Assembly (NCBI GenBank): GCA_051294375.1 | Contig: CM119265.1 | Coordinates: forward strand, 23,838,669 to 23,902,668 | From: Paraspadella gotoi | Taxonomy: Eukaryota > Animalia > Chaetognatha | Direction of reading: 5' to 3' | DNA length: 64,000 nt | Part shown: positions 22,949-35,549 of the stretch, piece by piece | How the letters are laid out: the number at the start of each line of letters is the position of its first letter | Numbering within the stretch: position 1 is the first letter of the stretch | The notes under the pieces: model-generated | Told to the model about the DNA's origin: nothing | What the model saw: the letters and a program-made list of their open reading frames with translations, nothing else | Databases searched by the model: none | Program-made: the position numbers and the translations under genes

Positions 22949-25900
22949 TCATGTTGATGAAGACGCTCCGGCCGGAACGTCGTCAGTGGCGCTGCCTACG
23001 CCGCCCTCGTGGATCGATCGTCGAGCGAAGGAATGGGGGGAGATGGAGCGAATTCCCCGCGTGGGACCGGACGAGGAAAGGTTAGAGGGCGGGGGACGAG
23101 ACGTCATAGGCGTGGAAACTGGAGGCTGTAAAGACATACATAGGCTCTTTTAAAGCACCGACGAAATGGGCTCGTATTTAAAAAAAGAGATGGACCTTGA
23201 ACCTGCTAAAATCAATAACCTGCTTAAAAGCGATGCTGCTCTTTGGGGCTTCCTTGGAGTAGGGAATCTTAAAGACACAGATGTGTAGGTGGGTGGCTAT
23301 CTCCGAGCAAATTTTGCAAGAATATTTGCTCAAATCGATGGTTCCATAAATCTGTTGGATTAAAATTGCGTTTACGTGAAAATAAAATTTAAGTTGACCA
23401 TTACTAATTATTTCAGTAAATTTAAATCCTGACAAATAATTTTTTTAACTTTAGTAGAGAATAATACATACAGCTATACAGAAGGCTTCATATTATAAAA
23501 TGAGGTTCCGGTTTTTTGTGACCAGAATCTGTTCCCACCAAACTACGCAACCGAATTTCATGAAATGAAGTCCTCAATCCTCGTGACGATATAAATGGAA
23601 CTATCGAGGCGAATTTTGATATGCAACCTCTGACAAGAGATACAGGGCCCTAGGGCTGGACGCCTGGGAGACCAAAAAAGGCTAAAATTTTTGTTTTTTA
23701 ATTTTTTACAATTTTTTAGAAACATTGACGTTTTAAACATATAAAAAAATTTTAGAACTTCAACCGTTGATGTTCATGAAGCTTTAAATTTTGTGGAAGA
23801 ATGAACGTCTGTGCAACTGTTCCAAACAAAAATAATGAAAATATTTGAAAACGATTTTTAACCATTTTTTGTCCCTATGGTTGACTCCTACGGGGGCCCC
23901 ATATCTTGGCTCAGGGGTGAAATATTGAAATTCGCCTCGATAGTTCTATTTGTATTCACATAGGGATCGTTCATACCAAATTCAATGAATTTGGTTCAGT
24001 TTTCTCGGAACGTGTTCTGGTCATAAAAAACGGGTACTGTGGACGCAACAAGTTTCAGAGCAAGAATGATTTATTCTTCAACAAGGTTATAAAACGATAA
24101 CAATAAAAGGCTCATATGCTAACTCTATAATAATAATATTTACATGGTCAAAGTTTGACCATAAAGAGAAAGAGCAAAACTTTAGAGGGTAAGGTTGAAA
24201 GTAAGGTTAATGGTTTGACCGAGGTTGCGTCCACCGTACCTAATTTTATAATTTGAAGCCTTCTGTATATTCTTTCCATCTTTTCAGAAAACAACTTACC
24301 AAACTAACCCAAAGTAATAAGTATTCATTGAATACAAAATTGAAATACTGATTCATTAACAACAGTATTGGACCAAAATAAATAGTATCAAAAAATGCCA
24401 GTTCACTTTTTGTCATGTGAGCCACCTGAAAATATTTCAATAAAATTTCGTTTCACTAATTTTTAATGTTAAGACTTTCTTTTTGTTGAGTTTAAGAGAA
24501 AACAGTTCATTTGTTTGTAAACAAACAACGTTTTTTATTTAAAAAAAACGGACATGTTGACATGTTGACTAGTTTTTTCGAGTCTTCATCAGCGCGTAAT
24601 AAATTTTTGCCAAATATTTATCTCTCTCTCTCTCTCTTCTTGTCTTCCTTTATCAAATATTTGGCAAAAATTTATTACGCGCTGATAAACTAGAGTCGAA
24701 ATAAAAACCCGTTGTTTGTAAAAAAATAAACTGTTTCACTAATTATAACATCTCAATGTAATGAATTTGAAATTGTTTAAAACTTACCACAAGACGGCAA
24801 GTGACTTTAGCAGAAAATATTCCAAAGGTGAGTGTATATAAACAAGGATTTTGTTCAAACAATTTTGAACCTTTTGACAGAATATATCCACAATGAATTA
24901 AAGATGATAACTAAAATAAAATAAGTAGCAAATTGATGTACAATAGAAATTTTCGTAAAGTTCATCCTGGACAAAAAAAAAACGAAGTCCAATTGTTTAC
25001 CTGAACAAAAGCAATAGGAAAAGCAGGAAAAAGAACTGAGGTATTAGCAACGGTCGCGCCGTTCTTTCCTTGTCCACCCGTGAAAATTACTTTGAAGTAA
25101 TTTGCACCAGCTAACGCCCCGCAGAGCGCTCCTGTAAACAAATTCAAAGAGCAAATTGAAAATATAAGCGGCTAAAAATTACCATTGGAAATCTCTAACT
25201 ATCATGCATGATTTTGTTAGAAACAAATCAGTGATCACAAGCATCAAATAATTTCCTAAAGACTTTCGAAAAAAAAAAAATTCTAGTCAAACTAACGAAA
25301 GAATTATTCTTCTAATATACGGATACATTAAATAAATCAAACCTATAGCGACTGGGAGATGAAAGACATAGAATCCGACGAGAGGAATCTTGACGTTCCA
25401 AAAACCAAGTCCCACGACCGAAGTCAGGAGAAAAACGAAGATGCACATCAATTGTCCTTCCGTTACGTCGATTCTAAATTCATGACAATTTTAAGAATTT
25501 ATATAACAAATTTAATTAAAAATGGTAACTAACCTTCCAAATTTTAGCGTTCCACAGACATACGTCTGCCAATGAGCACAGTAAAACAAAAAGAAAGCGG
25601 TGAAACAAAGAAAGTAAAACGAGGGCGGGTCCATCCCAAGACCCATGGCACAACAAGTCGCGATGCTTCAAGAAAAAAATCGAGAATTAGCGGTACATCC
25701 TGTGGGCAATGTTTTTTATTTACTTTCAAAAGTATTATACCTGACAAAGACTGTGGAGACTGAGTCGCAGCCATGATCAAAGAGTTCTCCCAAGGGCGAG
25801 GACGACCCCGTGCGACGCGCTTGCTTTCCGTCGATCGCGTCCAGGCATTGATAGAGGAAGAGACCGAGAGCGCAGGAAAAGTAAACCCAACCAGGGGCCT

Positions 25901-27021
25901 GGACGTCCAATGTATTTTTAGTTTATAAAAATAAAATTTTAAGGGTTAACTTTCCCCGCAGTACTACAGCAAAATGTAGCTGTTAGTATATAACTACTAT
26001 AAAATCAAAAACAAAACGGGACGGGTTCAAAACTTTTGTCATATAATCTACTTTTAGGTACAAAAATATTATTTTAAAAAAAGTTGAATTTTAATGCTTT
26101 TATTACTGCTATTAAAATTACCATATTACTATATAATAAGAATTTTTTTCTCAAGAAATCTTAAATTTTCTAATGAATGAATGAATTAATTAATTAATAG
26201 GCAAAAATAAAAAAAACAATTATTAAAACATGATGATTTTTAACGCCGTAGGCTCAATTCAAATTTTTGACTACTTATCGAGACAGGCTACCCCTACTGT
26301 TAGCCATAATTACAAGGAAATTCCTGAATACTGCTTCGATTATGTTGGCTTAAGTTATGGGGCCTAAATTTTACTTTCACCGACCGCGGTTTTGGCGTCT
26401 TGAAAAACTATTAAAAAATATTAATTTTAAACAAAAATTAAAAAATTATTACCTAATTACCCTAACCCTAAACCCTCCACCCCTAACCCTAAACCACCTC
26501 TAACCCCTCCTTAACCCCGGTGGGCGAAAGTAAAATTAACCCGTTATGGGCTTAACTGAGTGACCGATTGGAGATTGACCAAAAAAATTCGTCAAAATAC
26601 GTCATTTTCGTATGCAAGAATAAAATTGGTACAACAAATATAAAATCCTACTCTTCCTACGACGCCTTACTTGAGTCTTTGCGTCCGGACTATAGTACAT
26701 GAGCAAAAGGCTGGTCGCGACGTTGACGATGAGCCCGGAAACAGTGATGAGGTTGGGCGCGACCCAGAGCGGAATTTGTTCGACGAGCCATCGCCAGAAG
26801 ACCTGAAGAGCCGGCTCGGTGATTGAAGTCCCCTCCGAACTGTACTTGTGCGAGCTTAGACCCTTGAGCTGTTGGAGCGTCAGTTCTTCGGCCATCATTA
26901 AATCGGGGAAGGAACATCGATTTGGCCAGCGAGTAACATCGGCGATTTTGGCGACGATGACGTCTGTCGAGTTCTTCCTCTCTCTCGATAATTCCTTTCC
27001 GACGGGGCCGTCGAGGGGCAT
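22949..27021 (-). CDS. CEPT1: Choline/ethanolamine phosphotransferase (CEPT1/CHPT1 family), multi-exon
   Basis: [21 protein letters not shown]-alcohol motif [61 protein letters not shown]. The start could be 27021 or 26898/26895; last exon 23125-22949. Confidence 0.9.
23505..24038. mobile_element. MITE-like non-autonomous element with ~145-bp imperfect terminal inverted repeats, in a CEPT1 intron
   Basis: Left gttttttgtgaccagaa...gaactatcgaggcgaattt...gggccc mirrors right gggccc...aaattcgcctcgatagttc...ttctggtcataaaaaac. Confidence 0.7.
24498..24738. repeat. Fold-back repeat with 32-bp perfect inverted core and hammerhead-like motifs
   Basis: 24588-24619 is the exact reverse complement of 24655-24686; outer arms also pair; (TC)n loop. 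Confidence 0.7.
26360..26542. mobile_element. Short MITE-like element with TIRs and internal telomere-like (CCCTAA) repeats
   Basis: TIR aattttactttcaccgaccgcggt versus reverse complement aattttactttcgcccaccggggt; flanking direct repeat gttatg(gg) at 26354 and 26543; degenerate ccctaa units at 26455-26515. Confidence 0.65.
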
Positions 27022-27259
27022 TTAGTTATTTCTACGAAATAATGGACAACGACGATCGCGCAATAAGAAGTCGGGTGTATGCAACAACGAAATAAACAAA
27101 GCTGCGTAATAAAGAGATGCCATAAGCATAAAAATTTTAAGTTTCTTTGCACTCTCTCACTCTCTTTCTCTCTGTTTTGTTGATGAAGTGTCGGACATGT
27201 GGCTGCCGACGCGTCGCTCCTCCTCTCCGCGTCAGCCGCCGCAGAGCGAGGGCATCGTC

Positions 27260-27272
27260 GTTGCCAGGAGAC
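27260..27272. promoter_or_regulatory. Candidate RFX X-box in a GC island between divergent CEPT1 and TTC6-like genes
   Basis: GTTGCCAGGAGAC (reverse complement GTCTCC-T-GGCAAC) matches the X-box consensus; it lies in a GC-rich patch at about 27190-27290. Confidence 0.45.
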
Positions 27273-28351
27273 CCGGAGAAAGACCAGTTAGTTTTTGAAT
27301 GAAGAAAAAATGTCACGTTTGATTTGGTTCTTATCAATAGACAATGTGATGATAATAAACAAACGTTTAAAAATAAATTAATCATTTATATTTTTGTAGT
27401 TTTATTTTTGAACCTAAATCATTTATGTAAAAAATCTCAAGAGTTACGTATGTGTAAAACTAACATTTAATACGAAACAACAGTAGAATAACCGATTTAC
27501 CAATTTAACAATACGGATACCAATTTTTCAATTGATGCTTGATTAACGATAACGAATTTGAAATAATTTTTAATCTGATTTCTTAACAGCCTTCTCTTAC
27601 TAAAATTTAATTAGCGACACAAGATTGCGATTTAATTTATTTTCTTGATGTTTTGAGTAAGGTTTGAATCAAAAAAGTATCTCAAATCAAAATGAACCAA
27701 AAGTTTTACCAATACATTGTTAAACGGAGCACGAGCACACCCATTTTTCACTACTTTATAGCATGAAGGACCTGAAATTATAGCGGTTAATTCGAAATTC
27801 GGGTTTTGCCGTCTGAAAGAGAGTTATGAAAATTGCAAAATCACTTGTTTCACAATATTAAGTTTTAGATTTTAAAATAGTTAAAATACCTACCTAAAAT
27901 AATCATTATTATTATCATTATGGCAGCAATTCAATTTTTTTTTAAATTCTCTTTTCTCAGTACAATCTTTATTCATCGATTTTATGATGTTATCATCCAC
28001 CAAAACAAAAAGTACCGGCACTGCCAGTGAGGGAGCGAGAAAGAAAGATAATAAGGGAGAGTGAAGGAAATAGCCATGATTTTGTAATTCTCGTTTGGTT
28101 ACGTAAAATTTGGGCAGACATAAACTGAAAAGTCTCAAAATTAAAATGAAAACAAAAATAAAAAGGAAAACATAAAAGTAAATCAATAAAAGAATAATAT
28201 ATGAGAGGCAAATCTATTAAAATGATTTTACCGTCTGACTTTATACCACTTGTCTTTAAATAAACAATTTTAATTTTTCAAGAAAGTAAAACAAATACTC
28301 ACGCTTGCTCATAATCTGTTTTAAAAAATTCAAAAGAAACATTAAAAGAAA

Positions 28352-28604
28352 ATGAGCGACTCGGCGAATTTTTTCCTCGGCGCGAAGGGGACACGAACTC
28401 GCGATCGGCCGCGCCTTCCGCGGACGACTCCCTCGTTTCGAGTCAACCCTCCGCGAAAACTTCAATTGGAACTCGAAGAGGAAATAAAGGAAGTGGAGCA
28501 AAGATCGAATCTCCTCATCGCCGCCGCCAAAGAAAGCAGCAGGGTCGATCTCCTCATCCAAGAGTCGGAGGAGCCCATCGTTCAGGTTTAAGGAGGCAGA
28601 GAGA

Positions 28605-28642
<38 letters not shown>

Positions 28643-31600
28643 AGAGAGAGAGAAGAGAGAGAGAAGAGAGAGGAGAGAGAGAGAGAAAAAGAGAGAGAGA
28701 GAGACAGACAGACAGACAGTGAGATGGCCGGATGGGAAGATAGACAGACAAGCTTTTAAAAAAGCCCCACAAAACGAGTCTTTTTGTGACAGAAACTGTC
28801 GACGGAATTCGTGAGCGACGAATCTCCAGCGGAAATCCGTCGCCGACAGCGCCGAGCTTTGGCTAAAGAAAACAAATCGCGCCGCCATCTTCCCCCCGAA
28901 CCGCCCGTTAGACGCCCCTCTTTCGATCGATCGACTACGCAAGACGCGGCGCCCGAGTCCGCTCTCCTTCATCAAAGATCTCTCTCCACGCTAGCTCCGC
29001 AACCTCCGGCTCAAGATCGGTCCGTCGCCGACGCCGCCAAGCGTCCGCGCGTCGGCGTCATCGGCGTCGTGCCTCCACGAGAAACCGGCGCCGTCGAGAA
29101 TCTTCGGGTCATCATGGTGGGCGAGACGGCTTTGGGCGACGTTGGCGGCGGCGGCGGCGTCGACAGTTCGGACGAAGAAGACGACTATTTTTCTCCCACG
29201 ACGCGATTCCTTCCGTCACCGCCGACGTCAAAGCCGCCGCGGCCGCCGGAAACCCGGCCAACGAAACCGGCGATTCTCGGCGCCACCGGAACTTTACAAA
29301 AAATGAATTTGTCGGCTCGACCGTCGGCGGCGTCGGCTCGAGTCAAGATCAAATACCCGAAGTTTAAGAAGAAACCGTCGAAGGAGGAGAAGCTGGAGAA
29401 AGAAGAGGAGGAAGAAGATGAAAACGGGGAGGACGATGCCGACAGCCTCGCCTCTTCGGAAGCCATGAAGTCCGTCAGATCCATGATGATGGAAGCCATC
29501 GCGATTGTCCAGTCGCCCGTGGGGTCGGCTTCCACCTGCGCCACCACCGTCGCCCCGATCGCCACTCCGATGGGATCGTCGCGGCCCAGGGTACATCGTC
29601 AAACTCCCTTCGGATCGGAGAAGAGTCCCCCGCTTTCGGGCAGGCCCGCATCGCCGATCAGCCCCGGGAGTCCTCGTCGATCGGGCAGGGCAGCGGCGTC
29701 TACGATTGCAGCGTCGGCGGGTTCCGACGAATCGGCGCAGAGCGGCGAGGCGGTCGAGGATATCATCGCGACTCTGCGCCAACAGGCTGACAAAGGCTTC
29801 GTCAGCGAGAGCGATAGGAAGATCAACGAAATCATGCAGAGGATTTTGGGTCAGTTTGACTTGTAATCTTATACTACTATTAGGTTGGAACAACTAATTG
29901 AAATAAAGTATGAATAAACTCTTGCCATATGACGTTGAATATGTTTTGGAGAGGTTTATTTTCATCCCACTTTCACATGTGTTTATTGTCGTTCTTCTTT
30001 ATTCTTCTATTCTTATTTATTGTCGTTTTCCTGCTCATTTTTTCTCTCCCCAACCAGGACGCCCCTTCCTCTTCATCCCCGACGAAGAAGAAATGGAAGG
30101 AAAGAAGTCGGCGATCGATGAAGAGAAACACGACGAAGACGACGACGACGACGACGACGACGAAGAATCCCGCGTCGACGACGACGACGCCAGAGCCTCT
30201 TCCATCCGCAGCTACGACGCCAGCGGGTTGTCCACAGCGGCGGAGAGCGACGCTGCAGCCGCAGCCGCCGCCGCTGCTGCGGAGGACGAAGAGGAGTCTA
30301 CGATGGACTTGAAGGAAGCTTGGGAGGTAATCCGTCTGCCGGAGTTCGTCACCGCCGAGGAGATGCTCAGCGTGACGGGAACAGCCAAACCCGTGGAGCC
30401 ACTTTATTCCACCTGGCGGCAGAAAAAGGAGGTTCGTAGATAGTCTTATTTTTTCTTCCCTTTATTAAAATTGGGAATGCCTTTAGTTTTTTTTTCATTT
30501 TCTTTTCTTTTCTTTTCTTTTCTTTTCTTTTCTTTTCTTTTCTTTTCTTTTCTTTTCTTTTCTTTTCTTTTCTTTTCTTTTCTTTATTTTTCTTCATTTT
30601 TTCTTTTCTTTTCTTCTTTAACTTTACTGTTCTTTTCTTTTCTTTGTTTTCTTTCCCCCGTCTCGCAGCCGGACGAGAAGAAAGAATCATCGGGCGAACG
30701 TCTCGGCATCGAGTTCCTCACCTCCTGGACGTCGTCAGCGCCGGAGGCCGAAAGGATCCCCCACTCGCGCCGCTACAACCGCCTCCATCACTTTTGCACC
30801 TCTTCCCGCGACGTGGCTCTGCCAGGCGACTTAAAGGGCGTGGCCCGACGAAGCCACGCCGGACGGTCCGCTCGAGCGACTGAGGAAGCCGCAGTCGTGG
30901 ATCCTGCGAAGAAGCGAGAATACGTTGAAGGCGCGCGACCGGATCGGATGCTCTCGGCCGCCGGATGGGAGCGTCGGCGTTCCCTGGCGGCGAAGCAGAT
31001 CATGGAAGAATTGACGAGAGACGAAGACGACGACGACGACGTTGAATCTCGAGCGTCTTCCTCTTCCTCCTCCTCCTCCCCGCTCACACTGGACGGAATG
31101 TTAAAGACGTGGCAGTTCCGCGCCCACCGCGTCTTCGATCCCTCTCACTTGTCCGTTGCCGGCGCGCCCCCCGTCGCTATCGACGCCCCCGCCGACGCGA
31201 GGCTCCACTGGAGCTTGGCGCCGCCGAGGATGGACGTGCGTCCGTCCGTTGTCAAGGAGATCCTCTTTCCCAAGTTCAACTCGGCGAGGGAGAGGAAGAG
31301 GAAAGAGGAGGAGGAGGAGGAGGAGGAGATTCTCGATCTGGATCTCGAGTTTGAGACGTTCGAGGAAGATCCCGAAGCGAGGTTGGGAAGGGATCGAACT
31401 TATTGGCTGATTGCTTGATTATCGGTTAATTTATGGATTGATTGATTGATTGATTAATCGAATGATTCACAGTATTATTAAGATGTTTTTAAATTATTCT
31501 ACACGTTTTTAGTTAGCAGGATTTCATGTTTGTTTGTTTGATTGATTGATTGATTGATTTTTTTATTTATTTATTTTTTAAATTTATTTATTTATTTATT

Positions 31601-34600
31601 TATATTTATATATAGAAGATTTGATTTGCCCACACAGATTCCTCCAAGGACGAATGATTCTCCGCAAATGCCCATCGATGTCAGATCTCCCGACTCTCGA
31701 ACGTCTTCCCCCTCAACATCCCCCACGAGGTCGTCGTAAGAGGCGCTCAGTGTCTCTGCCCAATCGGGTCTTCGTCCCGGAGGGGCCTCTGCCTACGAAG
31801 AGCGACTTCGACACGCTCATCAGCGAAATAGGGAAGCAGAAGGTTTGATTGGTTTTGATTGGTAGATGATTGGTCTTCACCGATGACACAAAATTAAACG
31901 AATCTTGGGATTATCTCTTTTTAACAGGCATCTCTCGCTCGCGCCGCGGCGCAACGAGAGGCTCGTCAAATGGCGCCGCCGGAGCGGCGCCCTTCCACCG
32001 GCGAACTCCTCCGCGCAATTCCGGACATGTACCCGGCGCCACCGCCGCCGCCGGAAAAGAGAGAGGAAACGGAGGCCGAGAGATGGTTCAGGGAGAAAGA
32101 GGAGAAAAGAAAAGAGGAGGAGAAGATTGCGCTGGAGAAGGAAGAGGCCGAGGCGGAAGAAGCGAGGAAAAAGAAAAGAAAAGCCAAGCGGGTCGCGCGC
32201 AAATGGAGGGGAAAGCCCAAGACGCTCGGCGCACGAACGCCCTCCTCGGTGGCCCCTTCGTTTAGGCCGCTGGAGGCGCGTCAGTTGGCCGGCGTATTAG
32301 ATGTTTTGCGCCAACCCCCTAGGTAAGATGGGGCTGGGGCAGTAATGGAATATTCCTCAATCAAAAGGAACATATAACAATCTATTTAAAGAATAGATAA
32401 AATAAATAAAATATCAAATCAATCATTCAATCACTTCATCAATCATTCAACCAATAGTACTACAATAGATTTTTTGTCAACATTGATTGGTTGCGACTTG
32501 AATGAGGTTGCGAGAGAGAATTCTAAAATTTTTTTATGTCAAAAGTTGTATTGTCATTGGAATAACGATGTTGTCAAGCTCTTTTTTAACTTCTTCCATA
32601 TTGTATTATTTTCTCATTTTTCTGAATTTTCCAAACATTACTTTTTAATTAATCCTTCCCCCCCTCATTGACCCATCTTCCCCAACAGGTTTATCCCCCG
32701 CTCATCCTCCGCCGTGAATTTGCTCGAATTGGCGGCCAACGCCCGACGCGACAGAATCAAAGCCTCCAACCGCGTCAGGCGGAACAGCCTGCCCAAGATT
32801 CTCGACTTCAGGCGCTTCGTCAGGGATCGAGGTCAGGCTCCAGGCGTCGACGTCGTCCGACGACCTTCGCGAACCGACGACGCCGCCTTCCAGTGGGCGA
32901 AGGATTTGTGGACGGTGTGGTTTGCGGAGACTTACCCGGACGGGATCGGCTCGCCCAATGCTTTGCGACTGCCCGAGGATGGCGAAGGTTTGGGAGGACG
33001 TAATCTGTTGACTCGTTCATGTTCACTTGTTGATGGAAAGTCTTAAAAAAATTTCGCGGACATAAAAAAAAAGATAAATCAAGAAAACGATTTAAAAAAA
33101 AAAAATTCATAAGTAATCAATCAACAAATCTATGAAACATCGGTTAGTCATTTAGTCAGTCAATCAATCGATCAATCATTTTATAAGTCGTCAAATCAAA
33201 ATAAATATATTTATTTAAATGAATCAATACAATCAATAAAATCCCATCAATTGCCTTTTTGTTTCCCCGCTACGTCTCTCTCTTCCAAAGGCGCTTCCCG
33301 CGCCCCTTCTTCCTCCACGGTCGATACCGTCAGCGTGGTCGACTCCCGTGACCGCGCCCTCATCCTCCAACTTCAGGGCGAAGTGACGCGCCTTTCCGAC
33401 GCCATCGATTCCGCCTCCTCGTCACGCCTACTTCGCCAGCGCGCCTTCGACTTTTGCCGCCGCGGCGCCCTCCTGCGCAAATTGGGTCACGCCCGGCGAG
33501 CTCGGGACGACCTCGACGCCGCGCTGTCGATGGAACCGAATCTCGTCGACGCCTATTGGCACCGCCATCTGCTGTTTTTGCTGGAGGAGAATCCTAAGAG
33601 GGCGATGGAGGACATCACGGGTGGGGTTGTTTGTGTTGTAACTATTATGATGCTGATGATGATGATGTTGATGATGACGATGAAGACTGATAATTTACTA
33701 ATTATGACCAGGATGATGATGATGTCATTGCGTAGGTTGATAACTTTGCTCGGTTGTTAATTATTAATGAATGATTTAATGAATAATGAAAATCAAAAAA
33801 TAGAAGAAAAAGAAGAGAAAAGAAAAGCAGAAAACTTTATTTTGTTCTTTTCTCTTCAAGTAAGTAATATTGTCTATTGTCTATTGTCCTCCGCCTACTT
33901 TCAGCCATCATGAAGCTAACAAAAACCCACGCCGGCGCCTACCGCTCACGCGCGGAACTCTTCAAGGCCCAAGGGGAGATCACGCTAGCCATCCTCGACT
34001 TCAATCAGGCCGTCAAGCTCAACCCTAAAGACTCGGACGCCTACTACAAGCGGGCGGAGCTCAACGAGAAGAGAGGCGAGCTCCGATTGGCCTTGGAGGA
34101 TTACGGGATCGCGTCGCGGCTCAACCCCACTCACTCCGACGCCATCTTTAAATACTGCGAGTTTTATTTCAACAACGGAAATTGGGCGCAGGTGGGTCGC
34201 GTTATTTGATCGGCTGTTTTTTTTTTTTAATAAATGGTAATTTGAATGAAATTAAAAATTCGTATTTGTATGAATAAGTAATTCTGTCTGTAGCAATAAC
34301 TGTAAAATAAACAAAAGAACAGTTTTCTCCCATTAGTAACAATTATCAATATATACAGACGGTGGCAGTATTCACACAAATTTGTTACTCCATTTAAAAT
34401 GAAGTTAGTCTTTAATTTTCTTTCCCCGCTACCAGGCGGTGGCGGGCTTCACCGAGTTGCTCAAGCGCCACCCTTCCAACGCGTCGGCCTACGTCTTCCG
34501 CGGTCGCGCCTTCGCCAAGATGTCCAAGTGGACCGACGCCATGCAGAACTTCTCCTCCGCCGTCCACATGGATCCAATGAACGCGGAGGCTTTCTACCAA

Positions 34601-35470
34601 CGCGGGTGTCTGTTGCGGAAGTCGCATCCTCGCAGAAGTCTGCAGGTTGGACGGAGGTCTTTTTTGACGATCTAGATTATATATAATATATGTATATTAT
34701 ATATTATTATATTATATATATGAAAATTTGCAAATTACTTGTTTCACTATTTTCTATTTTTCTAATTAATATTTTAATATTTTTATGAAGGATTTAGTAT
34801 TTAATCTATATTATTTAATCAAACATATATTGCTTTCTTTTTTAAAAAATGTTTTATTTATATAATAATTCAATTTGGGAAGGGGAATATATATATATAT
34901 ATAACAGCAACATAAACAACAACAAACAATAAAAGCAACAAACAATAACGATTATAATAAAAAAAACATAACTTACTAAATAATAACAAACAATAACAAA
35001 TATAAAAAATAATAAAAAATAACATACCAAAACGAACGACTCAAAGAATTCTCCTACTTCAAGGATCTGAGCGTTTCCATCCTTCTGGATCACGGTGCCG
35101 ACAACTACGAGGCCTACCTCCATCGCGGTCTCCTCTACTACGAGATGGGGAGATTCGACGAGGCCATTCACGACCTCGAGGCAGCGCTGCAGGTTACTAG
35201 CAATGGACTAATATTTATCATTTCGACGAGCAATTTAATACATATTTAACGCGATGTTCCAGGTTCGTCCCGACATCGCCGTGGCCCACGTCAACCTCGG
35301 CCTGATCTACATGAAGAAACTGGGCGACCACCGCAAGGCCGTCGCAAAGTTTTCCGCCGCCATCGAGTCCGAACCGACCTACGTCCGTGCTTATGTCTGC
35401 CGCGCCGAAGCCTCTCACTACATCGGAGAGCTTAAGGTGGGTTGGAAAGGGGGGAGAAGAGAGAGAGAGA

Positions 35471-35549
<79 letters not shown>

